From NCBI RefSeq assembly GCF_009914755.1, contig NC_060929.1: a stretch of 64,000 bases of DNA; one strand, written 5' to 3'. Below are positions 35,616 through 53,795 of the stretch, piece after piece. The translations under genes and the position numbers were made by a program. The notes under the pieces were generated by a model that worked only from the letters and a program-made list of their open reading frames with translations, ran no database searches and had not been told where the DNA came from. Position 1 is the stretch's first letter, and each line of letters starts with the position of its first letter. The DNA comes from the human T2T-CHM13v2.0 reference genome, Homo sapiens.

Positions 35616-36627
35616 TCAAGTCTGCTCCGTGACAGCAGCTGTACAGGCAGAAGTTCCGGCTGGGGTGGTTTGATTGTGGATCTGCGATGAGAACCTTTCA
35701 AAGATTTTAGCTGCTGTGTTTCTGCTGAGCCAGTTTCGCCGTAACCGGACACGGCTCCCGGCCGCCCCTTCCCACACACAAACACACACACTGAATTTTC
35801 TCGCTTCCACAGTGTGAAGAAACTTGTGGAAGGAGAGTATGTTAGTTTTAGGTCAATGCAGAACGAATTCTCACCAATTTTGGGTATTTAAAACAAACAC
35901 CAGCTCACAGGTCAGAAGTTCTGCTAGGCCAAGTGACTGCCTCCTGCTCAGAGTCCCACGAGGGACCTCCAGGATGGGTCTGGCTGTGCGGTCGTTGCCT
36001 CCACCTGAGAAGGGTCTGGCTTCGATCCGATTCGAGTTGGTGGCAGAATTCAACAATGCCTCAGGGTTGTGAGCCCCAGGCCCACTTGTTTGTTCTGCCT
36101 GCTGCCGTGAGGATGCTCTCAGCTCCTACCCGTGCTGCCCAGGTCTGGGCCGTGAGGCTCCCTGGGTGTGCACAGCCAGTGCTGGGGAATCTCCCACAGG
36201 GGAGCGTAATCACAGGGGGGTTCAGTCCTCCCTTATAAAGGGCTCAGATGACTGGATTAGACCCAGCCCTTAGCAGCCGTTGGTTCAGGATACTCCCCAA
36301 TCTAATGAGGAAGTCGGGCGGGCACATCAATTCGTGCTTCCGCCCACACCCAAGGGAGGGGCAGACACAGGGCGACTCTCCGAGGGGCGGGAAATGCAGG
36401 GGGCATTTCAGAATTCAGTCCTCTTCACAGAATCGCAAAGTTCACATCTCACAACAGTAAAGAAACTATTTACAGTAAAAATGAGACATTTTACGAAGTT
36501 GAGCATTAGAAAACTTCGATGTCTGAGAAAAAAAACTCTCTAACGCACAGGGAAGAAAGCGGTTTATCAAATACTCTGAAAATAAAATGGGCTGGGTGAG
36601 GGAAACGTGAAAATATTATTTCAATTT

Positions 36628-36963
36628 TATTTTACGTCACTTTATTTTATTTTATTTTATTTTATTTGTTTATTTCTGAGACAGTGCCTCGCTCTGTCCC
36701 CCAGGCTGGATTACAGCGGCCTCATCTCAGCCCACTGCAGCCTCGGCATCCTAGGCGCAACGGATTCTCCTGCCTCAGCCTCCAGAGTGGCTGGGACTAA
36801 ATGTGCGCGCTACCACGCCGGGCAAATTTTTGTATTTGCTCAAGTAGAGACGAGGTCTCGCCATTTTGGCCAGGCTGGTCTTGAACTGCTGACTTCAGGT
36901 GATCTGCCCCACCTTGGCTTCCCAAAGTGAAGGGACTATAGGCGTGAGCCACCGCGCCCAGAC
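36628..36963 (-). mobile_element. AluS-like element within unit (rare haplotype: SNPs at 36,650 and 36,757)
   Basis: Reverse complement of unit Alu. Confidence 0.92.
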
Positions 36964-38443
36964 TATGATAGTTTCACACTGAAGCCTGAAGCTGCTCTGC
37001 CTTAGGATTTTTCCTGAGTTTTACTTCCTTGTCAGGATGAGTTGCTAGTTCATATTTTCTGTTGGATCTTTTAGAAAGGCGTTACTGATGAGATTATGGC
37101 TTTCTCACAAGAAATACTACTCTGGTGAAACTCTATTGAAATTATCAGCACCTTAAGTTTCCAATCCTTATCAAGTACAATAGTTGAACATGGCGTGGTA
37201 GCTGAAAGTGTAAGAGGCAGAATTTGGCAGACTCCACTTCTTCCCATTTCGATGGTTCCAGGTTTTTTGGCTTCAGCCGAACTAAAGAATGTCCTCACGA
37301 GCTGTGAATTCACAGGTCACTACAGACAATTTTTGAAACTGAATCACACTGTAATTTTTGGCGTATGCTCTGTGAGCTGTGCTGGGAAGGTTCACGCTGA
37401 TTCCGTAATAAATCTCGGGTTTTTACTCTATAGCGAAAAATTACTCTTTGCCATCCTGAAGGCAAAGCAGAGTATGTACAAGTAGAGTGTGGAATAACTT
37501 TGTCACTCGTGACGAACCGACTTGGTCCAACACTTTAACGACTTCTCCAATGTCTCCGTACTCAGGTTTGATTTTCTGAGTGGATCATCGGTAGAATGAA
37601 TAAAATCAAGAATCCTCTAAGGCAATGTTTGGAACTAAATTTCAGTGTCTCCGGAAGCACTGGAAAAATCACCACGTGTAGCGAAAGTGAAGTGTCAATA
37701 GGCTCTCTCTGTGTCCTTCAAACCGCCCATATGGTCGTTACAAACGGCGGCTTGAGGAAAGGTGGTTTTGGAATCGGTTTCTCTCTGGTCTTACATGATG
37801 CATCTATACTATACTGCATTATAATACAGGAAAGGGTCACTTGCTGACATAAAGCACAGCAGGCAGGAATAGAAGAGTCAACTTAGGGGAAAAAAAGAAA
37901 GTGCTTTGTGATTTCAATTTGGTGTCTGCAGTTTGGAAAACAGTTGATAAGTTTAACTGTTTTCGTGGTGACTCACAAAAATACATATGAGCGTTGAAAT
38001 TCTACAGAAGAACAACAATCGGGGAAACATTTCTGCAAGCTCCAATTACTGGAACCCAGACATAAGCCTACAAGCTAAGACAGAGCTACACCAGGCTTCA
38101 GCAGGAAACCATACAGATCTCCTGGGAAGGGCTTCCCTCTCTGAATGCAGCTGCCTGTCCACAGGATGCTCTAGGCCCAGGCACCTTGATTCCTCCAGCT
38201 GGAAAGACATAGAGAAACGCCTCCACATCCCATTAAAATGCCCAAAGATTTAGCCAAGGCTCCTATGAAGCGATCTGCTGTCTTCATCCAGGTAAGGGCA
38301 ACTTCGCATTTTAAGACACGAAGATCGTGGGTAAATCCAGGTGGGACTGAGATGCGGGAGCTCCGGCGCACACACTCCTGTCATTGGAAGATGAACGCGG
38401 TACTTATTCCTGCACAAACAGACCCTGCCCTCTGGCCGTGGGC

Positions 38444-39049
<606 letters not shown>

Positions 39050-40061
39050 TCAAGTCTGCTCCGTGACAGCAGCTGTACAGGCAGAAGTTCCGGCTGGGGT
39101 GGTTTGATTGTGGATCTGCGATGAGAACCTTTCAAAGATTTTAGCTGCTGTGTTTCTGCTGAGCCAGTTTCGCCGTAACCGGACACGGCTCCCGGCCGCC
39201 CCTTCCCACACACAAACACACACACTGAATTTTCTCGCTTCCACAGTGTGAAGAAACTTGTGGAAGGAGAGTATGTTAGTTTTAGGTCAATGCAGAACGA
39301 ATTCTCACCAATTTGGGGTATTTAAAACAAACACCAGCTCACAGGTCACAAGTTCTGCTAGGCCAAGTGACTGCCTCCTGCTCAGAGTCCCACGAGGGAC
39401 CTCCAGGATGGGTCTGGCTGTGCGGTCGTTGCCTCCACCTGAGAAGGGTCTGGCTTCGATCCGATTCGAGTTGGTGGCAGAATTCAACAATGCCTCAGGG
39501 TTGCGAGCCCCAGGCCCACTTGTTTGTTCTGCCTGCTGCCGTGAGGATGCTCTCAGCTCCTACCCGTGCTGCCCAGGTCTGGGCCGTGAGGCTCCCTGGG
39601 TGTGCACAGCCAGTGCTGGGGAATCTCCCACAGGGGAGCGTAATCACAGGGGGGTTCAGTCCTCCCTTATAAAGGGCTCAGATGACTGCATTAGACCCAG
39701 CCCTTAGCAGCCGTTGGTTCAGGATACCCCCCAATCTAATGAGGAAGTCGGGCGGGCACATCAATTCGTGCTTCCGCCCACACCCAAGGGAGGGGCAGAC
39801 ACAGGGCGACTCTCCGAGGGGCGGGAAATGCAGGGGGCATTTCAGAATTCAGTCCTCTTCACAGAATCGCAAAGTTCACATCTCACAACAGTAAAGAAAC
39901 TATTTACAGTAAAAATGAGACATTTTACGAAGTTGAGCATTAGAAAACTTCGATGTCTGAGAAAAAAAACTCTCTAACGCACAGGGAAGAAAGCGGTTTA
40001 TCAAATACTCTGAAAATAAAATGGGCTGGGTGAGGGAAACGTGAAAATATTATTTCAATTT

Positions 40062-40397
40062 TATTTTACGTCACTTTATTTTAGTTTATTTTATTTTATT
40101 TGTTTATTTCTGAGACAGTGCCTCGCTCTGTCCCCCAGGCTGGATTACAGCGGCCTCATCTCAGCCCACTGCAGCCTCGGCATCCTAGGCTCAACGGATT
40201 CTCCTGCCTCAGCCTCCAGAGTGGCTGGGACTAAATGTGCGCGCTACCACGCCGGGCAAATTTTTGTATTTGCTCAAGTAGAGACGAGGTCTCGCCATTT
40301 TGCCCAGGCTGGTCTTGAACTGCTGACTTCAGGTGATCTGCCCCACCTTGGCTTCCCAAAGCGAAGGGACTATAGGCGTGAGCCACCGCGCCCAGAC
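40062..40397 (-). mobile_element. AluS-like element within unit
   Basis: Reverse complement of unit Alu. Confidence 0.92.
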
Positions 40398-41877
40398 TAT
40401 GATAGTTTCACACTGAAGCCTGACGCTGCTCTGCCTTAGGATTTTTCCTGAGTTTTACTTCCTTGTCAGGATGAGTTGCTAGTTCATATTTTCTGTTGGA
40501 TCTTTTAGAAAGGCGTTACTGATGAGATCATGGCTTTCTCACAAGAAATACTACTCTGGTGAAACTCTGTTGAAATTATCAGTACCTTAAGTTTCCAATC
40601 CTTATCAAGTACAATAGTTGAACATGGCGTGGTAGCTGAAAGTGTAAGAGGCAGAATTTGGCAGACTCCACTTCTTCCCATTTCGATGGTTCCAGGTTTT
40701 TTGGCTTCAGCCGAACTAAAGAATGTCCTCACGAGCTGTGAATTCACAGGTCACTACAGACAATTTTTGAAACTGAATCACACTGTAATTTTTGGCGAAT
40801 GCTCTGTGAGCTGTGCTGGGAAGGTTCACGCTGATTCCGTAATAAATCTCGGGTTTTTACTCTATAGCGAAAAATTACTCTTTGCCGTCATGAAGGCAAA
40901 GCAGAGTATGTACAAGTAGAGTGTGGAATAACTTTGTCACTCGTGACGAACCGACTTGGTCCAATACTTTAACGACTTCTCCAATGTCTCCGTACTCAGG
41001 TTTGATTTTCTGAGTGGATCATCGGTAGAATGAATAAAATGAAGAATCCTCTAAGGCAATGTTTGGAACTAAATTTCAGTGTCTCCGGAAGCACTGGAAA
41101 AATCACCACGTGTAGCGAAAGTGAAGTGTCAATAGGCTCTCTCTGTGTCCTTCAAACCGCCCATATGGTCGTTACAAACGGCGGCTTGAGGAAAGGTGGT
41201 TTTGGAATCGGTTTCTCTCTGGTCTTACATGATGCATCTATACTATACTGCATTATAATACAGGAAAGGGTCACTTGCTGACATAAAGCACAGCAGGCAG
41301 GAATAGAAGAGTCAACTTACGGGAAAAAAAGAAAGTGCTTTGTGATTTCAATTTGGTGTCTGCAGTTTGGAAAACGGTTGATCAGTTTAACTGTTTTCGT
41401 GGTGACTCACAAAAATACATATGAGCGTTGAAATTCTACAGAAGAACAACAATCGGGGAAACATTTCTGCAAGCTCCAATTACTGGAACCCAGACATAAG
41501 CCTACAAGCTAAGACAGAGCTACACCAGGCTTCAGCAGGAAACCATACAGATCTCCTGGGAAGGGCTTCCCTCTCTGAATGCAGCTGCCTGTCCACAGGA
41601 TGCTCTAGGCCCAGGCACCTTGATTCCTCCAGCTGGAAAGACATAGAGAAACGCCTCCACATCCCATTAAAATGCCCAAAGATTTAGCCAAGGCTCCTAT
41701 GAAGCGATCTGCTGTCTTCATCCAGGTAAGGGCAACTTCGCATTTTAAGACACGAAGATCGTGGGTAAATCCAGGTGGGACTGAGATGCGGGAGCTCCGG
41801 CGCACACACTCCTGTCATTGGAAGATGAACGCGGTACTTATTCCTGCACAAACAGACCCTGCCCTCTGGCCGTGGGC

Positions 41878-42483
<606 letters not shown>

Positions 42484-43165
42484 TCAAGTCTGCTCCGTGA
42501 CAGCAGCTGTACAGGCAGAAGTTCCGGCTGGGGTGGTTTGATTGTGGATCTGCGATGAGAACCTTTCAAAGATTTTAGCTGCTGTGTTTCTGCTGAGCCA
42601 GTTTCGCCGTAACCGGACACGGCTCCCGGCCGCCCCTTCCCACACACAAACACACACACTGAATTTTCTCGCTTCCACAGTGTGAAGAAACTTGTGGAAG
42701 GAGAGTATGTTAGTTTTAGGTCAATGCAGAACGAATTCTCACCAATTTGGGGTATTTAAAACAAACACCAGCTCACAGGTCAGAAGTTCTGCTAGGCCAA
42801 GTGACTGCCTCCTGCTCAGAGTCCCACGAGGGACCTCCAGGATGGGTCTGGCTGTGCGGTCGTTGCCTCCACCTGAGAAGGGTCTGGCTTCGATCCGATT
42901 CGAGTTGGTGGCAGAATTCAACAATGCCTCAGGGTTGCGAGCCCCAGGCCCACTTGTTTGTTCTGCCTGCTGCCGTGAGGATGCTCTCAGCTCCTACCCG
43001 TGCTGCCCAGGTCTGGGCGGTGAGGCTCCCTGGGTGTGCACAGCCAGTGCTGGGGAATCTCCCACAGGGGAGCGTAATCACAGGGGGGTTCAGTCCTCCC
43101 TTATAAAGGGCTCAGATGACTGGATTAGACCCAGCCCTTAGCAGCCGTTGGTTCAGGATACCCCC

Positions 43166-43176
43166 TAATCTAATCA
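43166..43176 (+). promoter_or_regulatory. Perfect DUX4 consensus site
   Basis: TAATCTAATCA upstream of the minus gene 41,878-42,474. Confidence 0.8.
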
Positions 43177-43494
43177 GGAAGTCGGGCGGGCACATCAATT
43201 CGTGCTTCCGCCCACACCCAAGGGAGGGGCAGACACAGGGCGACTCTCTGAGGGGCGGGAAATGCAGGGGGCATTTCAGAATTCAGTCCTCTTCACAGAA
43301 TCGCAAAGTTCACATCTCACAACAGTAAAGAAACTATTTACAGTAAAAATGAGACATTTTACGAAGTTGAGCATTAGAAAACTTCGATGTCTGAGAAAAA
43401 AACTCTCTAACGCACAGGGAAGAAAGCGGTTTATCAAATACTCTGAAAATAAAATGGGCTGGGTGAGGGAAACGTGAAAATATTATTTCAATTT

Positions 43495-43830
43495 TATTTT
43501 ACGTCACTTTATTTTAGTTTATTTTATTTTATTTGTTTATTTCTGAGACAGTGCCTCGCTCTGTCCCCCAGGCTGGATTACAGCGGCCTCATCTCAGCCC
43601 ACTGCAGCCTCGGCATCCTAGGCTCAACGGATTCTCCTGCCTCATCCTCCAGAGTGGCTGGGACTAAATGTGCGCGCTACCACGCCGGGCAAATTTTTGT
43701 ATTTGCTCAAGTAGAGACGAGGTCTCGCCATTTTGCCCAGGCTGGTCTTGAACTGCTGACTTCAGGTGATCTGCCCCACCTTGGCTTCCCAAAGCGAAGG
43801 GACTATAGGCGTGAGCCACCGCGCCCAGAC
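43495..43830 (-). mobile_element. AluS-like element within unit
   Basis: Reverse complement of unit Alu. Confidence 0.92.
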
Positions 43831-45310
43831 TATGATAGTTTCACACTGAAGCCTGACGCTGCTCTGCCTTAGGATTTTTCCTGAGTTTTACTTCCTTGTC
43901 AGGATGAGTTGCTAGTTCATATTTTCTGTTGGATCTTTTAGAAAGGCGTTACTGATGGGATCATGGCTTTCTCACAAGAAATACTACTCTGGTGAAACTC
44001 TGTTGAAATTATCAGTACCTTAAGTTTCCAATCCTTATCAAGTACAATAGTTGAACATGGCGTGGTAGCTGAAAGTGTAAGAGGCAGAATTTGGCAGACT
44101 CCACTTCTTCCCATTTCGATGGTTCCAGGTTTTTTGGCTTCAGCCGAACTAAAGAATGTCCTCACGAGCTGTGAATTCACAGGTCACTACAGACAATTTT
44201 TGAAACTGAATCACACTGTAATTTTTGGCGTATGCTCTGTGAGCTGTGCTGGGAAGGTTCACGCTGATTCCGTAATAAATCTCGGGTTTTTACTCTATAG
44301 CGAAAAATTACTCTTTGCCATCCTGAAGGCAAAGCAGAGTATGTACAAGTAGAGTGTGGAATAACTTTGTCACTCGTGACGAACCGACTTGGTCCAATAC
44401 TTTAACGACTTCTCCAATGTCTCCGTACTCAGGTTTGATTTTCTGAGTGGATCATCGGTAGAATGAATAAAATGCAGAATCCTCTAAGGCAATGTTTGGA
44501 ACTAAATTTCAGTGTCTCCGGAAGCACTGGAAAAATCACCACGTGTAGCGAAAGTGAAGTGTCAATAGGCTCTCTCTGTGTCCTTCAAACCGCCCATATG
44601 GTCGTTACAAACGGCGGCTTGAGGAAAGGTGGTTTTGGAATCGGTTTCTCTCTGGTCTTACATGATGCATCTATACTATACTGCATTATAATACAGGAAA
44701 GGGTCACTTGCTGACATAAAGCACAGCAGGCAGGAATAGAAGAGTCAACTTAGGGGAAAAAAAGAAAGTGCTTTGTGATTTCAATTTGGTGTCTGCAGTT
44801 TGGAAAACGGTTGATCAGTTTAACTGTTTTCGTGGTGACTCACAAAAATACATATGAGCGTTGAAATTCTACAGAAGAACAACAATCGGGGAAACATTTC
44901 TGCAAGCTCCAATTACTGGAACCCAGACATAAGCCTACAAGCTAAGACAGAGCTACACCAGGCTTCAGCAGGAAACCATACAGATCTCCTGGGAAGGGCT
45001 TCCCTCTCTGAATGCAGCTGCCTGTCCACAGGATGCTCTAGGCCCAGGCACCTTGATTCCTCCAGCTGGAAAGACATAGAGAAACGCCTCCACATCCCAT
45101 TAAAATGCCCAAAGATTTAGCCAAGGCTCCTATGAAGCGATCTGCTGTCTTCATCCAGGTAAGGGCAACTTCGCATTTTAAGACACGAAGATCGTGGGTA
45201 AATCCAGGTGGGACTGAGATGCGGGAGCTCCGGCGCACACACTCCTGTCATTGGAAGATGAACGCGGTACTTATTCCTGCACAAACAGACCCTGCCCTCT
45301 GGCCCTGGGC

Positions 45311-45916
<606 letters not shown>

Positions 45917-46928
45917 TCAAGTCTGCTCCGTGACAGCAGCTGTACAGGCAGAAGTTCCGGCTGGGGTGGTTTGATTGTGGATCTGCGATGAGAACCTTTC
46001 AAAGATTTTAGCTGCTGTGTTTCTGCTGAGCCAGTTTCGCCGTAACCGGACACGGCTCCCGGCCGCCCCTTCCCACACACAAACACACACACTGAATTTT
46101 CTCGCTTCCACAGTGTGAAGAAACTTGTGGAAGGAGAGTATGTTAGTTTTAGGTCAATGCAGAACGAATTCTCACCAATTTGGGGTATTTAAAACAAACA
46201 CCAGCTCACAGGTCAGAAGTTCTGCTAGGCCAAGTGACTGCCTCCTGCTCAGAGTCCCACGAGGGACCTCCAGGATGGGTCTGGCTGTGCGGTCGTTGCC
46301 TCCACCTGAGAAGGGTCTGGCTTCGATCCGATTCGAGTTGGTGGCAGAATTCAACAATGCCTCAGGGTTGCGAGCCCCAGGCCCACTTGTTTGTTCTGCC
46401 TGCTGCCGTGAGGATGCTCTCAGCTCCTACCCGTGCTGCCCAGGTCTGGGCCGTGAGGCTCCCTGGGTGTGCACAGCCAGTGCTGGGGAATCTCCCACAG
46501 GGGAGCGTAATCACAGGGGGGTTCAGTCCTCCCTTATAAAGGGCTCAGATGACTGCATTAGACCCAGCCCTTAGCAGCCGTTGGTTCAGGATACCCCCCA
46601 ATCTAATGAGGAAGTCGGGCGGGCACATCAATTCGTGCTTCCGCCCACACCCAAGGGAGGGGCAGACACAGGGCGACTCTCCGAGGGGCGGGAAATGCAG
46701 GGGGCATTTCAGAATTCAGTCCTCTTCACAGAATCGCAAAGTTCACATCTCACAACAGTAAAGAAACTATTTACAGTAAAAATGAGACATTTTACGAAGT
46801 TGAGCATTAGAAAACTTCGATGTCTGAGAAAAAAAACTCTCTAACGCACAGGGAAGAAAGCGGTTTATCAAATACTCTGAAAATAAAATGGGCTGGGTGA
46901 GGGAAACGTGAAAATATTATTTCAATTT

Positions 46929-47264
46929 TATTTTACGTCACTTTATTTTAGTTTATTTTATTTTATTTGTTTATTTCTGAGACAGTGCCTCGCTCTGTCC
47001 CCCAGGCTGGATTACAGCGGCCTCATCTCAGCCCACTGCAGCCTCGGCATCCTAGGCTCAACGGATTCTCCTGCCTCAGCCTCCAGAGTGGCTGGGACTA
47101 AATGTGCGCGCTACCACGCCGGGCAAATTTTTGTATTTGCTCAAGTAGAGACGAGGTCTCGCCATTTTGCCCAGGCTGGTCTTGAACTGCTGACTTCAGG
47201 TGATCTGCCCCACCTTGGCTTCCCAAAGCGAAGGGACTATAGGCGTGAGCCACCGCGCCCAGAC
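46929..47264 (-). mobile_element. AluS-like element within unit
   Basis: Reverse complement of unit Alu. Confidence 0.92.
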
Positions 47265-48744
47265 TATGATAGTTTCACACTGAAGCCTGACGCTGCTCTG
47301 CCTTAGGATTTTTCCTGAGTTTTACTTCCTTGTCAGGATGAGTTGCTAGTTCATATTTTCTGTTGGATCTTTTAGAAAGGCGTTACTGATGAGATCATGG
47401 CTTTCTCACAAGAAATACTACTCTGGTGAAACTCTGTTGAAATTATCAGTACCTTAAGTTTCCAATCCTTATCAAGTACAATAGTTGAACATGGCGTGGT
47501 AGCTGAAAGTGTAAGAGGCAGAATTTGGCAGACTCCACTTCTTCCCATTTCGATGGTTCCAGGTTTTTTGGCTTCAGCCGAACTAAAGAATGTCCTCACG
47601 AGCTGTGAATTCACAGGTCACTACAGACAATTTTTGAAACTGAATCACACTGTAATTTTTGGCGAATGCTCTGTGAGCTGTGCTGGGAAGGTTCACGCTG
47701 ATTCCGTAATAAATCTCGGGTTTTTACTCTATAGCGAAAAATTACTCTTTGCCGTCATGAAGGCAAAGCAGAGTATGTACAAGTAGAGTGTGGAATAACT
47801 TTGTCACTCGTGACGAACCGACTTGGTCCAATACTTTAACGACTTCTCCAATGTCTCCGTACTCAGGTTTGATTTTCTGAGTGGATCATCGGTAGAATGA
47901 ATAAAATGAAGAATCCTCTAAGGCAATGTTTGGAACTAAATTTCAGTGTCTCCGGAAGCACTGGAAAAATCACCACGTGTAGCGAAAGTGAAGTGTCAAT
48001 AGGCTCTCTCTGTGTCCTTGAAACCGCCCATATGGTCGTTACAAACGGCGGCTTGAGGAAAGGTGGTTTTGGAATCGGTTTCTCTGTGGTCTTACATGAT
48101 GCATCTATACTATACTGCATTATAATACAGGAAAGGGTCACTTGCTGACATAAAGCACAGCAGGCAGGAATAGAAGAGTCAACTTAGGGGAAAAAAAGAA
48201 AGTGCTTTGTGATTTCAATTTGGTGTCTGCAGTTTGGAAAACGGTTGATCAGTTTAACTGTTTTCGTGGTGACTCACAAAAATACATATGAGCGTTGAAA
48301 TTCTACAGAAGAACAACAATCGGGGAAACATTTCTGCAAGCTCCAATTACTGGAACCCAGACATAAGCCTACAAGCTAAGACAGAGCTACACCAGGCTTC
48401 AGCAGGAAACCATACAGATCTCCTGGGAAGGGCTTCCCTCTCTGAATGCAGCTGCCTGTCCACAGGATGCTCTAGGCCCAGGCACCTTGATTCCTCCAGC
48501 TGGAAAGACATAGAGAAACGCCTCCACATCCCATTAAAATGCCCAAAGATTTAGCCAAGGCTCCTATGAAGCGATCTGCTGTCTTCATCCAGGTAAGGGC
48601 AACTTCGCATTTTAAGACACGAAGATCGTGGGTAAATCCAGGTGGGACTGAGATGCGGGAGCTCCGGCGCACACACTCCTGTCATTGGAAGATGAACGCG
48701 GTACTTATTCCTGCACAAACAGACCCTGCCCTCTGGCCCTGGGC

Positions 48745-49350
<606 letters not shown>

Positions 49351-50362
49351 TCAAGTCTGCTCCGTGACAGCAGCTGTACAGGCAGAAGTTCCGGCTGGGG
49401 TGGTTTGATTGTGGATCTGCGATGAGAACCTTTCAAAGATTTTAGCTGCTGTGTTTCTGCTGAGCCAGTTTCGCCGTAACCGGACACGGCTCCCGGCCGC
49501 CCCTTCCCACACACAAACACACACACTGAATTTTCTCGCTTCCACAGTGTGAAGAAACTTGTGGAAGGAGAGTATGTTAGTTTTAGGTCAATGCAGAACG
49601 AATTCTCACCAATTTGGGGTATTTAAAACAAACACCAGCTCACAGGTCAGAAGTTCTGCTAGGCCAAGTGACTGCCTCCTGCTCAGAGTCCCACGAGGGA
49701 CCTCCAGGATGGGTCTGGCTGTGCGGTCGTTGCCTCCACCTGAGAAGGGTCTGGCTTCGATCCGATTCGAGTTGGTGGCAGAATTCAACAATGCCTCAGG
49801 GTTGTGAGCCCCAGGCCCACTTGTTTGTTCTGCCTGCTGCCGTGAGGATGCTCTCAGCTCCTACCCGTGCTGCCCAGTTCTGGGCCGTGAGGCTCCCTGG
49901 GTGTGCACAGCCAGTGCTGGGGAATCTCCCACAGGGGAGCGTAATCACAGGGGGGTTCAGTCCTCCCTTATAAAGGGCTCAGATGACTGGATTAGACCCA
50001 GCCCTTAGCAGCCGTTGGTTCAGGATACCCCCCAATCTAATGAGGAAGTCGGGCGGGCACATCAATTCGTGCTTCCGCCCACACCCAAGGGAGGGGCAGA
50101 CACAGGGCGACTCTCCGAGGGGCGGGAAATGCAGGGGGCATTTCAGAATTCAGTCCTCTTCACAGAATCGCAAAGTTCACATCTCACAACAGTAAAGAAA
50201 CTATTTACAGTAAAAATGAGACATTTTACGAAGTTGAGCATTAGAAAACTTCGATGTCTGAGAAAAAAAACTCTCTAACGCACAGGGAAGAAAGCGGTTT
50301 ATCAAATACTCTGAAAATAAAATGGGCTGGGTGAGGGAAACGTGAAAATATTATTTCAATTT

Positions 50363-50698
50363 TATTTTACGTCACTTTATTTTAGTTTATTTTATTTTAT
50401 TTGTTTATTTCTGAGACAGTGCCTCGCTCTGTCCCCCAGGCTGGATTACAGCGGCCTCATCTCAGCCCACTGCAGCCTCGGCATCCTAGGCTCAACGGAT
50501 TCTCCTGCCTCAGCCTCCAGAGTGGCTGGGACTAAATGTGCGCGCTACCACGCCGGGCAAATTTTTGTATTTGCTCAAGTAGAGAGGAGGTCTCGCCATT
50601 TTGGCCAGGCTGGTCTTGAACTGCTGACTTCAGGTGATCTGCCCCACCTTGGCTTCCCAAAGTGAAGGGACTATAGGCGTGAGCCACCGCGCCCAGAC
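50363..50698 (-). mobile_element. AluS-like element within unit
   Basis: Reverse complement of unit Alu. Confidence 0.92.
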
Positions 50699-52178
50699 TA
50701 TGATAGTTTCACACTGAAGCCTGAAGCTGCTCTGCCTTAGGATTTTTCCTGAGTTTTACTTCCTTGTCAGGATGAGTTGCTAGTTCATATTTTCTGTTGG
50801 ATCTTTTAGAAAGGCGTTACTGATGAGATCATGGCTTTCTCACAAGAAATACTACTCTGGTGAAACTCTATTGAAATTATCAGCATCTTAAGTTTCCAAT
50901 CCTTATCAAGTACAATAGTTGAACATGGCGTGGTAGCTGAAAGTGTAAGAGGCAGAATTTGGCAGACTCCACTTCTTCCCATTTCGATGGTTCCAGGTTT
51001 TTTGGCTTCAGCCGAACTAAAGAATGTCCTCACGAGCTGTGAATTCACAGGTCACTACAGACAATTTTTGAAACTGAATCACACTGTAATTTTTGGCGTA
51101 TGCTCTGTGAGCTGTGCTGGGAAGGTTCACGCTGATTCCGTAATAAATCTCGGGTTTTTACTCTATAGCGAAAAATTACTCTTTGCCATCCTGAAGGCAA
51201 AGCAGAGTATGTACAAGTAGAGTGTGGAATAACTTTGTCACTCGTGACGAACCGACTTGGTCCAACACTTTAACGACTTCTCCAATGTCTCCGTACTCAG
51301 GTTTGATTTTCTGAGTGGATCATCGGTAGAATGAATAAAATCAAGAATCCTCTAAGGCAATGTTTGGAACTAAATTTCAGTGTCTCCGGAAGCACTGGAA
51401 AAATCACCACGTGTAGCGAAAGTGAAGTGTCAATAGGCTCTCTCTGTGTCCTTCAAACCGCCCATATGGTCGTTACAAACGGCGGCTTGAGGAAAGGTGG
51501 TTTTGGAATCGGTTTCTCTCTGGTCTTACATGATGCATCTATACTATACTGCATTATAATACAGGAAAGGGTCACTTGCTGACATAAAGCACAGCAGGCA
51601 GGAATAGAAGAGTCAACTTAGGGGAAAAAAAGAAAGTGCTTTGTGATTTCAATTTGGTGTCTGCAGTTTGGAAAACGGTTGATCAGTTTAACTGTTTTCG
51701 TGGTGACTCACAAAAATACATATGAGCGTTGAAATTCTACAGAAGAACAACAATCGGGGAAACATTTCTGCAAGCTCCAATTACTGGAACCCAGACATAA
51801 GCCTACAAGCTAAGACAGAGCTACACCAGGCTTCAGCAGGAAACCATACAGATCTCCTGGGAAGGGCTTCCCTCTCTGAATGCAGCTGCCTGTCCACAGG
51901 ATGCTCTAGGCCCAGGCACCTTGATTCCTCCAGCTGGAAAGACATAGAGAAACGCCTCCACATCCCATTAAAATGCCCAAAGATTTAGCCAAGGCTCCTA
52001 TGAAGCGATCTGCTGTCTTCATCCAGGTAAGGGCAACTTCGCATTTTAAGACACGAAGATCGTGGGTAAATCCAGGTGGGACTGAGATGCGGGAGCTCCG
52101 GCGCACACACTCCTGTCATTGGAAGATGAACGCGGTACTTATTCCTGCACAAACAGACCCTGCCCTCTGGCCGTGGGC

Positions 52179-52784
<606 letters not shown>

Positions 52785-53795
52785 TCAAGTCTGCTCCGTG
52801 ACAGCAGCTGTACAGGCAGAAGTTCCGGCTGGGGTGGTTTGATTGTGGATCTGCGATGAGAACCTTTCAAAGATTTTAGCTGCTGTGTTTCTGCTGAGCC
52901 AGTTTCGCCGTAACCGGACACGGCTCCCGGCCGCCCCTTCCCACACACAAACACACACACTGAATTTTCTCGCTTCCACAGTGTGAAGAAACTTGTGGAA
53001 GGAGAGTATGTTAGTTTTAGGTCAATGCAGAACGAATTCTCACCAATTTGGGGTATTTAAAACAAACACCAGCTCACAGGTCAGAAGTTCTGCTAGGCCA
53101 AGTGACTGCCTCCTGCTCAGAGTCCCACGAGGGACCTCCAGGATGGGTCTGGCTGTGCGGTCGTTGCCTCCACCTGAGAAGGGTCTGGCTTCGATCCGAT
53201 TCGAGTTGGTGGCAGAATTCAACAATGCCTCAGGGTTGCGAGCCCCAGGCCCACTTGTTTGTTCTGCCTGCTGCCGTGAGGATGCTCTCAGCTCCTACCC
53301 GTGCTGCCCAGGTCTGGGCCGTGAGGCTCCCTGGGTGTGCACAGCCAGTGCTGGGGAATCTCCCACAGGGGAGCGTAATCACAGGGGGGTTCAGTCCTCC
53401 CTTATAAAGGGCTCAGATGACTGCATTAGACCCAGCCCTTAGCAGCCGTTGGTTCAGGATACCCCCCAATCTAATGAGGAAGTCGGGCGGGCACATCAAT
53501 TCGTGCTTCCGCCCACACCCAAGGGAGGGGCAGACACAGGGCGACTCTCTGAGGGGCGGGAAATGCAGGGGGCATTTCAGAATTCAGTCCTCTTCACAGA
53601 ATCGCAAAGTTCACATCTCACAACAGTAAAGAAACTATTTACAGTAAAAATGAGACATTTTACGAAGTTGAGCATTAGAAAACTTCGATGTCTGAGAAAA
53701 AAACTCTCTAACGCACAGGGAAGAAAGCGGTTTATCAAATACTCTGCAAATAAAATGGGCTGGGTGAGGGAAACGTGAAAATATTATTTCAATTT